The notes under the pieces: generated by a model
Databases searched by the model: none
Seen by the model: the letters and a program-made list of their open reading frames with translations, nothing else
What the model was told of the DNA's origin: nothing
Source of the DNA: Bdellovibrionales bacterium
GTDB lineage: Bacteria; Bdellovibrionota; Bdellovibrionia; Bdellovibrionales; UBA1609
Assembly (NCBI GenBank): GCA_965205945.1
Contig: CBDBIB010000001.1
Location: 1 to 64,000 of the forward strand
DNA length: 64,000 nt
Direction of reading: 5' to 3'
Part shown: in pieces, positions 40,401-50,416 of the stretch
Position numbering within the stretch: position 1 is the stretch's first letter
Layout: every line of letters begins with the position of its first letter
Translations under genes and position numbers: made by a program

Positions 40401-42707
40401 TTATATAACTATGCTTCATCTGAAGAATTTAGAATGATATGTGGACCAACTCATAAAGGTTATGACCAATGCGTAACTGAAAATAAAGCCAAAAATCCAG
40501 ATTTTAATGAGCAGGCTTGTAGGTGCTATGATGAGTTAAGTAATGATTATAAAGATTTCTCTACAGTTTATGGTGATACAATTACTAAACTTAATAATGA
40601 TGTAGATAAGTTACAAAGTTATAAAGAGTTTATGTCTGCATCTACTATTCTTAATAAAGTTATGGCTAGAAGTAAGAATTTTTTTTCAAATTTATCTAAT
40701 AAAGATATTATAACAAAACTTCTTTTAAATGATTTTACCCTGGCTCAAGCTAAAGCTGATATTAGTGATTTAGATCTTTTAAGAGATAAGGTTATTCCAA
40801 ATATTGATATTCAAAAAAGAACATTCGTAGGTCCATTAACACTTCTAAGTAATGCTAATGGAGGTAGTCTTAGACCGACAGATAATTTAGATGAAGCTTA
40901 CTGTGTTACAGATGATTGTAATTCTTTAGGGTCAGACCCTTTAAATAGTTATAGTGCTATTAAAAACTTTAACTATGAAAGATCTCCGTATCATGGATCC
41001 ATTGCACATTTTTCTGGAAAACATGTAGATGATTTTATCAAAGGAAGTACAATTCAAATTGGTTCTGAAACTAAAAAAATTCCTTCTTATAAAGAGTTTA
41101 ATAAAATGCAAGCTAAAATTCTTGATATTCAAGCATTACTCCCGAATTTTATTAGAGACCAGAATCTTAATTATGTATCGTTAAAAAATAATAAGCTTAA
41201 AGACTTTATTTGTGAAGATCCTAAAGATGCAGATTTTAAAAATAATAGCAATAACTGCTTTAAAGACTACACAGATAACTATCTTAGTACACAAGATTTA
41301 ATAGAAGACTATCATACATACTCGACAAACCCTTTGGTTACAAAAAACTTTTCTAAAATCAATGATAAGGGTAAATATAGTTTTGATTTAAATTTTTTAA
41401 AATCTGTAGTTAAAAAAGATCATGGAGGGCAACAGTGTACTAAAAAAATTGTTCCTGCAAGCTATGCTGTGTTTAACGAGATTGAATATGGAAAATTTTG
41501 TGATTTAATGATTTATGGTATTTTTGCTAAAAACTATTTAAACCTAGTTAATGATTTTATAGGTAAAGTTAAAGAGGATAAAATTGAGTATAAGACAACT
41601 GGATCGTTTGTTAGTAGTTTACTTAATACAAATATAGTAGATGTTTATTCTCAAAGAGGTGGGTCTGTAATTCCAATTGTTAAGCCATTTGTAGATCGCT
41701 TATATGATTCATGTATTACTTATGCTAAGTTAGGGAAATTTAATGAGCCTTTAAATATTGAACGTAAGTATAGAATTGAAGAAACTGGTGGTTATTATTA
41801 TTTAGGTGGTAAATCACTTAATATCACATTGGGGCAGCAAGTTGGTATTGCTCACAAGATTGACAGTAATAAAACACATAGAATAGACAGTGGAGCTATT
41901 ACAAACTATCTCCCACCTGTTTTAAAAAGTTATAATTATTCTTATACTAGCGGTGAAGGTTTTTCTATGAATAGAGGTTTAAGTATACAACAAGCAACAT
42001 TTTTAGTGATGCAAAACGCTGAATTTGATATAGAGCTTAAAAAGTATGAACAGTGTTTAGTGGTTAGGTGGGCTACTAATTTTTTAAGAGAAAATAAATA
42101 TATATTTTTTGAAAATCCTATGTTAAAACCAGCAAAAAAAAGTGGACTTATAGTTGATGGTCAAACTTATGATCAGTATATTATTAAAAAACTTTTAGAA
42201 GGTTTAATGGTTTGTTCTGGGGATTCTGAAAAAGATCCTATAGCAATTAGAGAAACATACTACTACTTTACTCAAAATTTTATTGAAGGTGATATGCAAG
42301 ATATAGGAGATAATCTCAATCACCCTTGGCTCTTATCATTAAGAGGTGTTAGAGATTTTGAAACATTCTTAATTTCAACACTTTCTAATCGTGATATTAA
42401 AGATTCAAAACCGGAAAGGTATGTAGAAGCAGAAGAGCTTGTAGGAATGGGTAAGTTGTTTTCTAGTGATTTTGCTACAGAAAATTTAGATGGAACTAGT
42501 CACGAAGATATTGATAAATTTAAGCGTAATGTATGGCCCTTAAGTCAACTTATTAGAACTTATAGAAGAATCAGCCCAACATTTCCTGGTTTATACACTC
42601 AGTTAAATAGGAAAGAGTATGAAGTTGTTCAATGGCCATGGGCTGAAAGTGTTCCAGGGCAAAAATTTGAACAGAATCAAGGGCTAAATTGTTATTCTAA
42701 AGAATAA
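37467..42707 (+). CDS. Giant hypothetical lipoprotein (1746 aa)
   Basis: LLMFSGC lipobox; internal duplicated motif T.E/S.GCL..I. Confidence 0.82.
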   Translation: MIFKKKSMNIIFLATIASLLMFSGCIRSEAPKDLDILTKAGEMGFEQAEKNATFYIAGDAAGLIVEQITSLDGATKEVRALRYRFLVCLKEKASARKLQGFKFKINSSQGENPNFSKIVTTNEDGCLVWIEDFRFDVGKPNPQPVVFLRKIKSVKESSRQGEVSFIFQLFPWGKVLSNQAYLPFYFLKGEQRKLYRGQIQRLFLGYYNPKKKLNYNRNEKTQLYVSHINYNLTGIPFSVIKKDLQPTRKEIEEKGLDALLPGSDYVLLKPDRNNPNSDKLLLRLRNNNQSPYALIKNQKAFDGLHVDLVLNIKLAQFHTAVNGNFSRNQKSGRFKVLPYLYATDYNKEGDRVLLNSGMESLISKINKKGDLNLHYKGILPYAPTSGNVQLALQITPMNNNLSKYEVIEELFDIGTYSDIIGKKNRIMEHPENFAGTFDFNKHAKESVGYEKALNRSHLRSAEPYNFTLANVKFKTIEAGETANRRTVIFNVKTCVGKFNFQSKILQKQEFKIISRHFKNSEAEIKDEIADNENKDPDFKSSDYKDIKLFSEIDGDKIRTDSNGCLSFIDKIRHKYYKTERLVRRKYFIQAKDDPQGFTKELILYLNPWDEKFGTLGTDARSVSQTFLKELNQRDKIEPRFYIQDFRYETLRFRYEIDKSMNLVVKKTILLRLYPKVLRYSNILQGINSIFPIRDGIYLLKMAYQKDYLDPAARGIRIRSRVENTNPSSSSASVTKGPLIERLDGNGKVLRTDEDSAKVEASADLKGETLDGSQKVLPPYDPSRKVSISIVKKLVRVNAGFIITPIEFSVKDLRLLRIRSQVFVQIENVNQTRLQLVNIASREIEKAMQISKGTASEISNLPKSEQRKIIQQKVRALDVLAKAIPDDLEYTKNDISELLKVFSKPEVISAFSPFIKGGKLNSVATMIGEEKSDKDFLESIVELAFLKQDDYIKEIKIRTEKLRKEVINLTGEKNTDQKVLYNYASSEEFRMICGPTHKGYDQCVTENKAKNPDFNEQACRCYDELSNDYKDFSTVYGDTITKLNNDVDKLQSYKEFMSASTILNKVMARSKNFFSNLSNKDIITKLLLNDFTLAQAKADISDLDLLRDKVIPNIDIQKRTFVGPLTLLSNANGGSLRPTDNLDEAYCVTDDCNSLGSDPLNSYSAIKNFNYERSPYHGSIAHFSGKHVDDFIKGSTIQIGSETKKIPSYKEFNKMQAKILDIQALLPNFIRDQNLNYVSLKNNKLKDFICEDPKDADFKNNSNNCFKDYTDNYLSTQDLIEDYHTYSTNPLVTKNFSKINDKGKYSFDLNFLKSVVKKDHGGQQCTKKIVPASYAVFNEIEYGKFCDLMIYGIFAKNYLNLVNDFIGKVKEDKIEYKTTGSFVSSLLNTNIVDVYSQRGGSVIPIVKPFVDRLYDSCITYAKLGKFNEPLNIERKYRIEETGGYYYLGGKSLNITLGQQVGIAHKIDSNKTHRIDSGAITNYLPPVLKSYNYSYTSGEGFSMNRGLSIQQATFLVMQNAEFDIELKKYEQCLVVRWATNFLRENKYIFFENPMLKPAKKSGLIVDGQTYDQYIIKKLLEGLMVCSGDSEKDPIAIRETYYYFTQNFIEGDMQDIGDNLNHPWLLSLRGVRDFETFLISTLSNRDIKDSKPERYVEAEELVGMGKLFSSDFATENLDGTSHEDIDKFKRNVWPLSQLIRTYRRISPTFPGLYTQLNRKEYEVVQWPWAESVPGQKFEQNQGLNCYSKE

Positions 42708-42720
42708 AGGAGGAAGTAAG

Positions 42721-43542
42721 GTGAAAAAAAATAGAAAATTAAAACTATTATTTGTAGTGCCTTTAATTGCGTTTATTTTCTCATCTGTTTTTGTGAATGC
42801 AATATCTTGTAGAGATATTTTAAAGACAGAGAATGTAGTTACAGCTAATAGAGCCGATATCATTAAGGATTATGAAGCTTTAGAGGTGATTGCATCATTG
42901 ACACTAGCATTAGAAATTCTAGGAGGTAGGTATACATCTATTCCAAGAATTAAATACAATGAACGAAATGATTATTTGTTTGATAGTTATGATTTTGATA
43001 GAATAAGTAAGGCTGATAAGAATGAAATTATAAATGATCTTCCTAAAAGAATACAAAATATTTTAAAAAAATCAAATATTTTAGGAAAAAATTTTTATAA
43101 AACATTTGAAAAAGATTTTATAGAAGGCCTTTTAATAAGAAATAGAACATGGTCTAAAGAATTTTTTGAAGAAAATTTTAAAGCCATTGTTTTTAATGCA
43201 GTAACAATGCCTAAATTACCTATAAAAGAAAAATTAGTTTTATTTGCAAAAAGAAATGCCAAAGTATCAGTGCCTATATCGTTGGCTATAGGAAGTCTTG
43301 TTGAATTTATTTATCCAAGTATGTTATTTGATCAGTTTTACAAAGAAAATTTACAAACATCTATTGACTATGCATTTGCATTAAAAGCAGCTATTAATGC
43401 AGCGCCTATATATATGACATTTTCATCTTTGCAAATAGGTAAGATAGTAGCTGAAAAAGAAATATTTAATCTTACTGAATATGATTTTGAATTAGGCCGT
43501 CAGATTCGTGAAGACTTTGTGGATGTTACTTTTAAAAATTAA
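42721..43542 (+). CDS. Hypothetical secreted/membrane protein
   Basis: GGAGG RBS, GTG start, signal peptide ending VNA then ISCRDIL. Confidence 0.75.
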   Translation: MKKNRKLKLLFVVPLIAFIFSSVFVNAISCRDILKTENVVTANRADIIKDYEALEVIASLTLALEILGGRYTSIPRIKYNERNDYLFDSYDFDRISKADKNEIINDLPKRIQNILKKSNILGKNFYKTFEKDFIEGLLIRNRTWSKEFFEENFKAIVFNAVTMPKLPIKEKLVLFAKRNAKVSVPISLAIGSLVEFIYPSMLFDQFYKENLQTSIDYAFALKAAINAAPIYMTFSSLQIGKIVAEKEIFNLTEYDFELGRQIREDFVDVTFKN

Positions 43543-43589
43543 TAGTTTATATAATACTGCTCTACTTAAAAAAAATAGAGGACTTACTA

Positions 43590-44315
43590 CTATAGAATAA
43601 TATCTTTTGCTTTTACTAATGTCCATTTCCCTTCAGGAAGATCGTTTATTTTTAATTTTCCTATTCTAATACGATGAACTCTAGTAGCCCTTAAACCTAC
43701 AAGTTCACACATTCTACGAATTTGTCTTTTTCTTCCTTGATTAAGAATAAAAATCATTTTTGTGTTAGATATCTTAGTAATTTTAGCATGTTTTAATTTT
43801 ATACCATCTAAAATTAGACCAAATCTAAGTTTTCTAAGAGCCTCTTCACTTATTTCACCTGTGACATTTATTTCATATTCTTTATCTATTAGAGTGTCTT
43901 TACCTATTATTTTTTTAGCTAAAACTCCACTTTGTGAGTATAAAATAAGTCCTGTTGAATCAATATCTAATCTGCCAAGTGGGGCAAGCTCTCTTCTTTG
44001 GATATGTTTATAGTTTTTACCAAAATAATTTTTTTTTCGAATGAGTTCTAAAGCTGAAATATAGTTTTCTTCAGGTTGACTTGAGACATAGTTTCTAGGT
44101 TTATTAAGAGCTATTGTTATTTTATCACCTAAAAGCTTTTTTCCTCTTTTTAAAATTTCAATACTACATTCAGGACTCACTTTAAAGCCAAGTTCACTAA
44201 TAAGTTTGCCATTAACTTTGACAAGTCCTTCTTCTATGAGTTTATCAGCCTCTCTTCTAGAGCAAAATCCTCTAGTCCCCATTAATTTAGAAAGTCTTAG
44301 TTTGCTATTGATCAT
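43590..44315 (-). CDS. rRNA pseudouridine synthase (RsuA/RluB/RluF family)
   Basis: S4 domain SRREAD, LNKP, GRLDIDSTGL, QGRKRQIRRM. Confidence 0.93.
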   Translation of the reverse strand: MINSKLRLSKLMGTRGFCSRREADKLIEEGLVKVNGKLISELGFKVSPECSIEILKRGKKLLGDKITIALNKPRNYVSSQPEENYISALELIRKKNYFGKNYKHIQRRELAPLGRLDIDSTGLILYSQSGVLAKKIIGKDTLIDKEYEINVTGEISEEALRKLRFGLILDGIKLKHAKITKISNTKMIFILNQGRKRQIRRMCELVGLRATRVHRIRIGKLKINDLPEGKWTLVKAKDIIL

Positions 44316-44323
44316 ATGTTTTT

Positions 44324-45055
44324 CTAACTCTTAAGTAATATTCCACCATCAACATTAATAATAGCTCCTGTTGTCCAATCCGACTCACCTAAAAGATGTA
44401 TAACCATTTTTGCTATATCAACAGGTTCTCCAACACGGCCTAAAGGCTGCATATCTTTAAACATCTTTTTCCATTCAGATAAAGGTTTTTTATTTTTATG
44501 ATGAATAGGGGTGTTTATAATTCCAGGACAAATAGAGTTTACACGTATGCCTGAATCAGCAAACTCTAGGGCCATAGTAAGTGTTAAATTGTTCATAGCT
44601 GCTTTTGAAGCTGAATAAGCTGCTGTATTAGAAATAGGTTTTATTCCTAAAGTTGAAGAGATATTTATAATAGCGCCCTTATATTCTTTAAGCTCTTTAA
44701 AAAATTCTTGAGATAGATAAACTGCGCTTAAAACATTTGTTTTAAATTGGTCTAACCAGTTACTAGTTTTAGAGTCTAGAAATGATTTTGGAGTATAAAT
44801 ACCAGCATTATTTACAACACCTAAAAGTTTTCCTTTAGGAAGTTTTTTAAATTCATCTCTTAATTTTTTTTTAGATGTTTCTTCAGATAAATCTATTGAA
44901 ACATAAGGACAATCAAAAAGTTTTTTAGAGGCTTTTATTAGTAACTCTAAACGTCTTCCTAAGAGAATTGGAGTCCATTTTTTTTTAATACAAAGTTTTG
45001 CTATTTCAAAACCGATACCTGAGCCGCCACCACTAATATAAACGTAAGCATTCAT
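44324..45055 (-). CDS. Short-chain dehydrogenase/reductase
   Basis: SGGGSGIG, NNAG, YSASK, RVNSICPG, VDGG. Confidence 0.93.
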   Translation of the reverse strand: MNAYVYISGGGSGIGFEIAKLCIKKKWTPILLGRRLELLIKASKKLFDCPYVSIDLSEETSKKKLRDEFKKLPKGKLLGVVNNAGIYTPKSFLDSKTSNWLDQFKTNVLSAVYLSQEFFKELKEYKGAIINISSTLGIKPISNTAAYSASKAAMNNLTLTMALEFADSGIRVNSICPGIINTPIHHKNKKPLSEWKKMFKDMQPLGRVGEPVDIAKMVIHLLGESDWTTGAIINVDGGILLKS

Positions 45056-46464
45056 AAATTAAGGTTCCTCTTTTTTTTAAGGTTTTCTAAGCCAAATTGC
45101 CCTAACATATTTATATAGTAACCTGAGTAGTCTTTTGCATGCAAATGTGCAAAAAAAGGCATTCCTAAAGGCAGCCAAATGTATTGCTTTAATATGTTTT
45201 TAAAATATTTATCACATGAAAGGTTTGAATTTACTCTTACTCCTTTAAACTCAGGTTGTTTTTTAATGGACTCAATGGCTTCAACACAAGTTAGATTTTT
45301 TAAAATTATAGATTTTCTATAAACAGAAAGCTTATTTTTTAAAATACTTTCATAAAAAATGCCCGTTTCTAATTGCTTAATTTGAAGATTTATTCCTAAA
45401 TGTTTTTTCCAATTTTCTTTTGCCCATTGTGCAAGTATTTTATGCTCATTGGAGGAAATATTTGGAATATAAAGATTTATTTTTTTAGCTACATTTTTTA
45501 CCTTATTAAGATATTCTTTAGCTTTTTTTAAATCTAAATCATAACAAGCAAGCTTAGTTTTGAAAAAGAAAGATGGCAATGAGATACAGCCGGGTAGGGA
45601 AGGGCTTGAGAATATTTTTTTGAGTCCTTTATAATCAAGGCTATGAAAAAGAGCTTTTCTTAAAGATTTATCTTTTATGTGGTCAGGGTTAAAGAAAATT
45701 CCATCAAGTCTTGCAAAAGGCGCCATATAACGATTAGGGTACATGGGAATGTGTGAAGATTCTAAGTATCTAAGAAAGTCTATTCTTTTAGTATTGTATA
45801 TATTTAATGCTGTATTGGGATCATCAATAAATATTGCGTCAACCAAAGGTCTTTTCTTATCATCATAATAATTATTATTAGCAAGACTTATCTTTGAAGT
45901 TGTTAAATCTATAGCCCTATAAGGGCCAGAGAAAACTTGATGTAAAATTTTTTGATATAATTTTTCTTCTTTTCTAGGTGTAAAGTAAATATGAGTAAGT
46001 TCATGCATGAACTTAATATTTTTTCTTTTTAAGTAAAATATTAAGTTTCCATTGATTGTTTCTATTTTTTTAATATTACTTAAAAACTCTTCACTTTCTT
46101 CTTTTTCTTTTTTAATAAGATTATATGTATTAATATAATGCTTAGATGTGATAAGATCACCATTACTCCATTTTTTAGGATTGAGTTCACAATAAAGCTC
46201 AATGTTTGATTTCCATTTACATTTTTTAGCCCCATGAGCGGTTAACTTATTATCTTTATTATAATAGAATAAACCTCTGTGAAGATTGAATAATAAAAAT
46301 CTTTTAGCTAGTCCTCTAACTAAAAGCGGATCAAGGCTGTGTATTTGAACAGGAAGGTTAAATTTAAAACTCTTAGTTTGCTTGTTAGCATATTTTTTTG
46401 TACAACTACTAAAAAGCAACATGAGACTAAGTGCACTCTTCGTGATTAGAAACTTGAAACCCAA
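45052..46464 (-). CDS. ABC transporter substrate-binding lipoprotein, family 5 (OppA-like); start uncertain
   Basis: LLFSSC lipobox, SLDP, KWSNGDLIT, FSGPY, YDLDLKKAKEYL, WKKHLGI. Confidence 0.8.
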   Translation of the reverse strand: MGFKFLITKSALSLMLLFSSCTKKYANKQTKSFKFNLPVQIHSLDPLLVRGLAKRFLLFNLHRGLFYYNKDNKLTAHGAKKCKWKSNIELYCELNPKKWSNGDLITSKHYINTYNLIKKEKEESEEFLSNIKKIETINGNLIFYLKRKNIKFMHELTHIYFTPRKEEKLYQKILHQVFSGPYRAIDLTTSKISLANNNYYDDKKRPLVDAIFIDDPNTALNIYNTKRIDFLRYLESSHIPMYPNRYMAPFARLDGIFFNPDHIKDKSLRKALFHSLDYKGLKKIFSSPSLPGCISLPSFFFKTKLACYDLDLKKAKEYLNKVKNVAKKINLYIPNISSNEHKILAQWAKENWKKHLGINLQIKQLETGIFYESILKNKLSVYRKSIILKNLTCVEAIESIKKQPEFKGVRVNSNLSCDKYFKNILKQYIWLPLGMPFFAHLHAKDYSGYYINMLGQFGLENLKKKRNLNL

Positions 46465-46981
46465 TTGTTTTTCTTGCTTTTGCTGGCTGTAAGACTTCAG
46501 TTCCATCTATTTTTTTACCTATAAGTTCTAGTTGAAGTGTGTGTAGTTTACATAATCCACTTACAATTAGTTGGACTCGCAGTTGAACATGAAACTTACC
46601 TCGCTTACAAGAACCTAAATTAAATGAATTTGAAAAGCCATCCAATGAAGTTTTAGCAATAATAAAAGCTAAATCCAAGCCTCCTTCATTACAAAGACCG
46701 GACACATCAAAGCAAAAGTTATTTGAACCTGTTATTAAAGCTCCTGTAATATCTCTATTTGAATTTCCGTTACAATCACCATTTGCTGAAAGTGTAATTA
46801 TAGGGTTAGGAGTTTGAATAATGAGTTCTAAATTTATATTAGAGTCATCAACTAAACAGTATTGCCCGTCACTTTCTTCACAATTGTTAGTTTCGGTTTG
46901 AGAAAGATTAGTACCTTGCTCATCAATGACGCATGTTGTAAGTAATAGTAAAACTGGCAAGTAGAGTAGTGTTCTTCTCAT
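46427..46981 (-). CDS. Hypothetical Cys-rich lipoprotein
   Basis: MRRTLLYLPVLLLLTTC from ATG 46981; FDVSGLCNEGG motif. Confidence 0.75.
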   Translation of the reverse strand: MRRTLLYLPVLLLLTTCVIDEQGTNLSQTETNNCEESDGQYCLVDDSNINLELIIQTPNPIITLSANGDCNGNSNRDITGALITGSNNFCFDVSGLCNEGGLDLAFIIAKTSLDGFSNSFNLGSCKRGKFHVQLRVQLIVSGLCKLHTLQLELIGKKIDGTEVLQPAKARKTIGFQVSNHEECT

Positions 46982-46987
46982 ATCAAT

Positions 46988-47015
46988 ATATCGGTCAAAC
47001 ATCTTCCAGTCTTTA
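46988..47015 (-). promoter_or_regulatory. sigma28/FliA-type promoter
   Basis: TAAAG-15 nt-ACCGATAT, then 6 nt to ATG 46981. Confidence 0.65.
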
Positions 47016-47030
47016 ACCCTGGATTAAGAC

Positions 47031-48323
47031 TTAAAGACCATCTGGATCATAAAGAACATTTATTTCAGAACCTTGGGCGGGGATACTTGTACCGTGAAAT
47101 ACGATACTATTTTTAGATGGGATATAAGTCCAACCATTGTTTATATTTTGAGGTAAAATTGTAGGGACTATTTTTCCTGGACTTTTAACTGAAACTTGAA
47201 GCTTATTTGAGTCTTCAGGGATGCGTGTTAAAGAAAACTCAACTGTTTTTTCAATTATTGTCTTAGCTATATTACTTAAACTTTCTGAAAAATCCCCACA
47301 AATAGAGGCTTTAACTCCCCCTGATAAGTCAGAGAGTTTTATATATCTTGTTCCTATTCCGTCGTCGCCTGGACCACCATATAAATCATCACGACAGGTA
47401 TTATCGTCAAGCCTTGCTATTGTATGAAAGGAATAACCGTATATGGGACTTACAAGTTTTGTAAGAAAATCATGGTAATTTATTACAGGAACATTGTTTA
47501 TTACTGCTGGTAGTTCTTGCGATCCATTTTGAAGATTTCCTTCAATTTGATCTTCTTCATCAGAAACTACAATTATCGCTAAGTGAGCATCTGGTCTAGG
47601 AAAATTAAACTCTTTGTTTGCTGGAGTATTTAAAGCAGTTTGAATACTGTTTAAACCACTTTCATAAGGAACACCCGTTATTCCAACATTTGAATTGATT
47701 GCAAAAATATTTTTTACATTATTTGGAATATAGTCAGCATGACCAATTTCATAGACAGTATTATTTAAAGGATCATCGTACAATTTAAAGTCAATGGTGT
47801 CATCAGAACTGTCAATTAAATGGTATCCTGACAGTATATGTTCTTCTGAGACTTGGCGACAATCGATTGTAGAATTATTATTATTACTACTTAAAAGTTG
47901 CTTGCAGTTTTTTATTAAATCACCGTCAACAAATTTAGATGTCAAATACGAGGGGTCTTCGTTCCTATTTATAGCTATATAATCCATATAAGGAGTTATT
48001 TCTTCTAGATTATATAGTATAGACTCTGTTTGAGGATCCGTGTAATAAGCGTCTGTAGTGGTCACAGCTATTCTATAATCATAACCTTTTTTAATAAAGT
48101 CTGTTATAAAAGAATTAAAATTTTCTCTTAAGTGTTGTTGATTATCCTCCATTGATTCAGAGTTATCAATAACCCATAAAATATCCATTTTAGCGGTAAT
48201 AATCCTATTTTCTTGTTGTTGAAAGCTATCTAATGATGGAAGTGTTGAAATAGAAGGGGGGCGATTACATCCAAGAAGTAAGATTATTACTAGTAAAATA
48301 TTTATAAGGATTTTTTTAATCAT
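47031..48323 (-). CDS. vWA (MIDAS) domain lipoprotein, paralogue A
   Basis: LLLGC lipobox, DILWVIDNSESM, AVTTTD, IVVSDEED. Confidence 0.85.
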   Translation of the reverse strand: MIKKILINILLVIILLLGCNRPPSISTLPSLDSFQQQENRIITAKMDILWVIDNSESMEDNQQHLRENFNSFITDFIKKGYDYRIAVTTTDAYYTDPQTESILYNLEEITPYMDYIAINRNEDPSYLTSKFVDGDLIKNCKQLLSSNNNNSTIDCRQVSEEHILSGYHLIDSSDDTIDFKLYDDPLNNTVYEIGHADYIPNNVKNIFAINSNVGITGVPYESGLNSIQTALNTPANKEFNFPRPDAHLAIIVVSDEEDQIEGNLQNGSQELPAVINNVPVINYHDFLTKLVSPIYGYSFHTIARLDDNTCRDDLYGGPGDDGIGTRYIKLSDLSGGVKASICGDFSESLSNIAKTIIEKTVEFSLTRIPEDSNKLQVSVKSPGKIVPTILPQNINNGWTYIPSKNSIVFHGTSIPAQGSEINVLYDPDGL

Positions 48324-48329
48324 ACTAGA

Positions 48330-48356
48330 CCTTCGGTTTAAACATTTTAAGACTTA
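48330..48356 (-). promoter_or_regulatory. sigma28/FliA-type promoter of paralogue A
   Basis: TAAG-15 nt-ACCGAAGG-6 nt-ATG. Confidence 0.6.
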
Positions 48357-48369
48357 ATTAATTTAAAAA

Positions 48370-48860
48370 GGTCTGAATTGACCCATTATTAAGATACTGA
48401 GAGACTGTGTGGCGTTTTATGAGGCTCTCACTTGGTCTAGACTCTAGACCAAGTATGAAACACCAAGAAGTTGATAATTACCTAATAGCCGTACTGTCTA
48501 CATATAAGACAGCTTGTAGAGTTGAAAAAGGAAAGCTCTTAGGTCATGGAGAGCTGATCACTAAAAGATCCAGGAAGCACCTAATTAAAAGATTAAAGGA
48601 GCTAAAGACAAATAAGGGACTGCCAATCACGAAAAGATTAGGAGACCACTTATGTACTTAAGAACTGAGCTCATTTCCTACATCAAGTTTTTGTGGATGC
48701 AAATGGAGAAGATCTCAGTAAAGCCCATGAAGGCAGCAGTGCCTCATTGGCTCCCAAAATATAAAGGCTGTTCTGCACATTTAAAGTTGCAGCTCTCAAT
48801 GATGAGTGCCACAACACTAGGACGATACTTAAAAGACATTAGAGCAAGCGACACAGCGGG
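48370..48860 (+). mobile_element. Degenerate transposase remnant (N-terminal part of an integrase-type, ISNCY-like transposase); boundaries approximate
   Basis: TYKTACRVEKGKLL...KRSRKHLIKRL and LW.....S.K.MKAAVPHWLPKY...MSATTLGRYLK; frameshifted, truncated, GC-richer than flanks. Confidence 0.65.
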
Positions 48861-48936
48861 TATATTTTATTTTTTTAGCATTTTTTTTTTATAATATCTC
48901 AGGTATCTTCTATTGAACTTTTACTTTAATTAAAAT

Positions 48937-50058
48937 TTAAAGACCATCTGGATCATAAAGAACATTTATTTTAGAACCTTGAACAGGTATGCCCGTACCA
49001 TGAAAAACAATACTATTTGCAGGTGGATTATAAGTCCAACCATTGTTTATATCTTGAGGTAAAATTGTAGGGACTATTTTTCCTGGACTTTTAACTGAAA
49101 CTTGAAGCTTATTTGAGTTTTCAGGGATGCGTGTTAAAGAAAACTCAACTGTTTTTTCAATTATTGTCTTAGCTATATTACTTAAACTTTCTGAAAAATC
49201 CCCACAAATAGAGGCTTTAACTCCCCCTGATAAGTCAGAGAGTTTTATATATCTTGTTCCTATTCCGTCGCTTGGACCATGTGAATCATCACCACAGGTT
49301 TCGTCAATTTTTGCTATTGTATGAAATGAATAACCGTATATGGGACTTACAAGTTTTGTAAGAAAATCATGGTAATTTATTACAGGAACATTGTTTATTA
49401 CTGCTGGTAGTTCTTGCGATCCATTTTGAAGATTTCCTTCAATTTGATCTTCTTCATCAGAAACTACAATTATCGCTAAGTGAGCATCTGGTCTAGGAAA
49501 ATTAAACTCTTTGTTTGCTGGAGTATTTAAAGCAGTTTGAATACTGTTTAAACCACTTTCATAAGGAACACCCATTATTCCAACATTTGAATTGATTGCA
49601 AAAATATTTTTTACATTATTTGGAATATAGTCAGCATGACCAATTTCATAGACAGTATTATTTAAAGGATCATCGTACAATTGAAAGTCAATGGTGTCAT
49701 CAGAACTGTCAATTAAACGATACCCTGATCGTATATTTTTTCTTAAATCACCATCAACAAATTTAGATTTTATACCAGTATGGTAAGCATCTGTAGTAAT
49801 CACAGCTATTCTGTAATCATAATCTTTTTTAATAAAGTTTGTTATGAAAGAATTAAAATTTTCTCTTAAGTGTTGTTGCTCATCTTCCATTGATCTAGAG
49901 TTATCAATAACCCATAAAATATCCATTTTAGCTGCAGTCCTATTTTCTTGTTGTTGAAAGCTATCTAATGACGAAAGTACTGAAATAGAAGGAGGGCTAT
50001 TACATCCAAGAAGCAAGACTATCATTAGTAAAATATCTACAGGTATTTTTTTAATCAC
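48937..50058 (-). CDS. vWA (MIDAS) domain lipoprotein, paralogue B (short loops)
   Basis: LLLGC, DILWVIDNSRSM, IVVSDEED; GTG start. Confidence 0.85.
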   Translation of the reverse strand: MIKKIPVDILLMIVLLLGCNSPPSISVLSSLDSFQQQENRTAAKMDILWVIDNSRSMEDEQQHLRENFNSFITNFIKKDYDYRIAVITTDAYHTGIKSKFVDGDLRKNIRSGYRLIDSSDDTIDFQLYDDPLNNTVYEIGHADYIPNNVKNIFAINSNVGIMGVPYESGLNSIQTALNTPANKEFNFPRPDAHLAIIVVSDEEDQIEGNLQNGSQELPAVINNVPVINYHDFLTKLVSPIYGYSFHTIAKIDETCGDDSHGPSDGIGTRYIKLSDLSGGVKASICGDFSESLSNIAKTIIEKTVEFSLTRIPENSNKLQVSVKSPGKIVPTILPQDINNGWTYNPPANSIVFHGTGIPVQGSKINVLYDPDGL

Positions 50059-50064
50059 ACTAGA

Positions 50065-50091
50065 CTTTCGGTCTAATATTTTAAGACTTAA
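50065..50091 (-). promoter_or_regulatory. sigma28/FliA-type promoter of paralogue B
   Basis: TAAG-14 nt-ACCGAAAG-6 nt-GTG. Confidence 0.55.
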
Positions 50092-50416
50092 TTAATTTAA
50101 AAATAAGGTATTTCTTGTAAATACTTAAAATTACTTAAAATTATTTAATTTTTGTATTATAGTATCAAATTTAATTAAAATAAGATCTCAAATTTAAACA
50201 AAGCTTTTTATTAAATATAAGTATATTGTTAAAGATTTAAAATAAATATTATTAAAGTGTTGTCTTTTATGTAGATTCATAGGGGGATCTGTAAAAGGTC
50301 TAAAGAAAAAATTAATCAATAATACTTAGAGCTAGGGTTTTGTTTAGATTTAAATAGCATATTTTTTTCTATAGTTTTTAAATATTTTTGAGTGATCTTT
50401 TGTTTTGAATAAAAAT

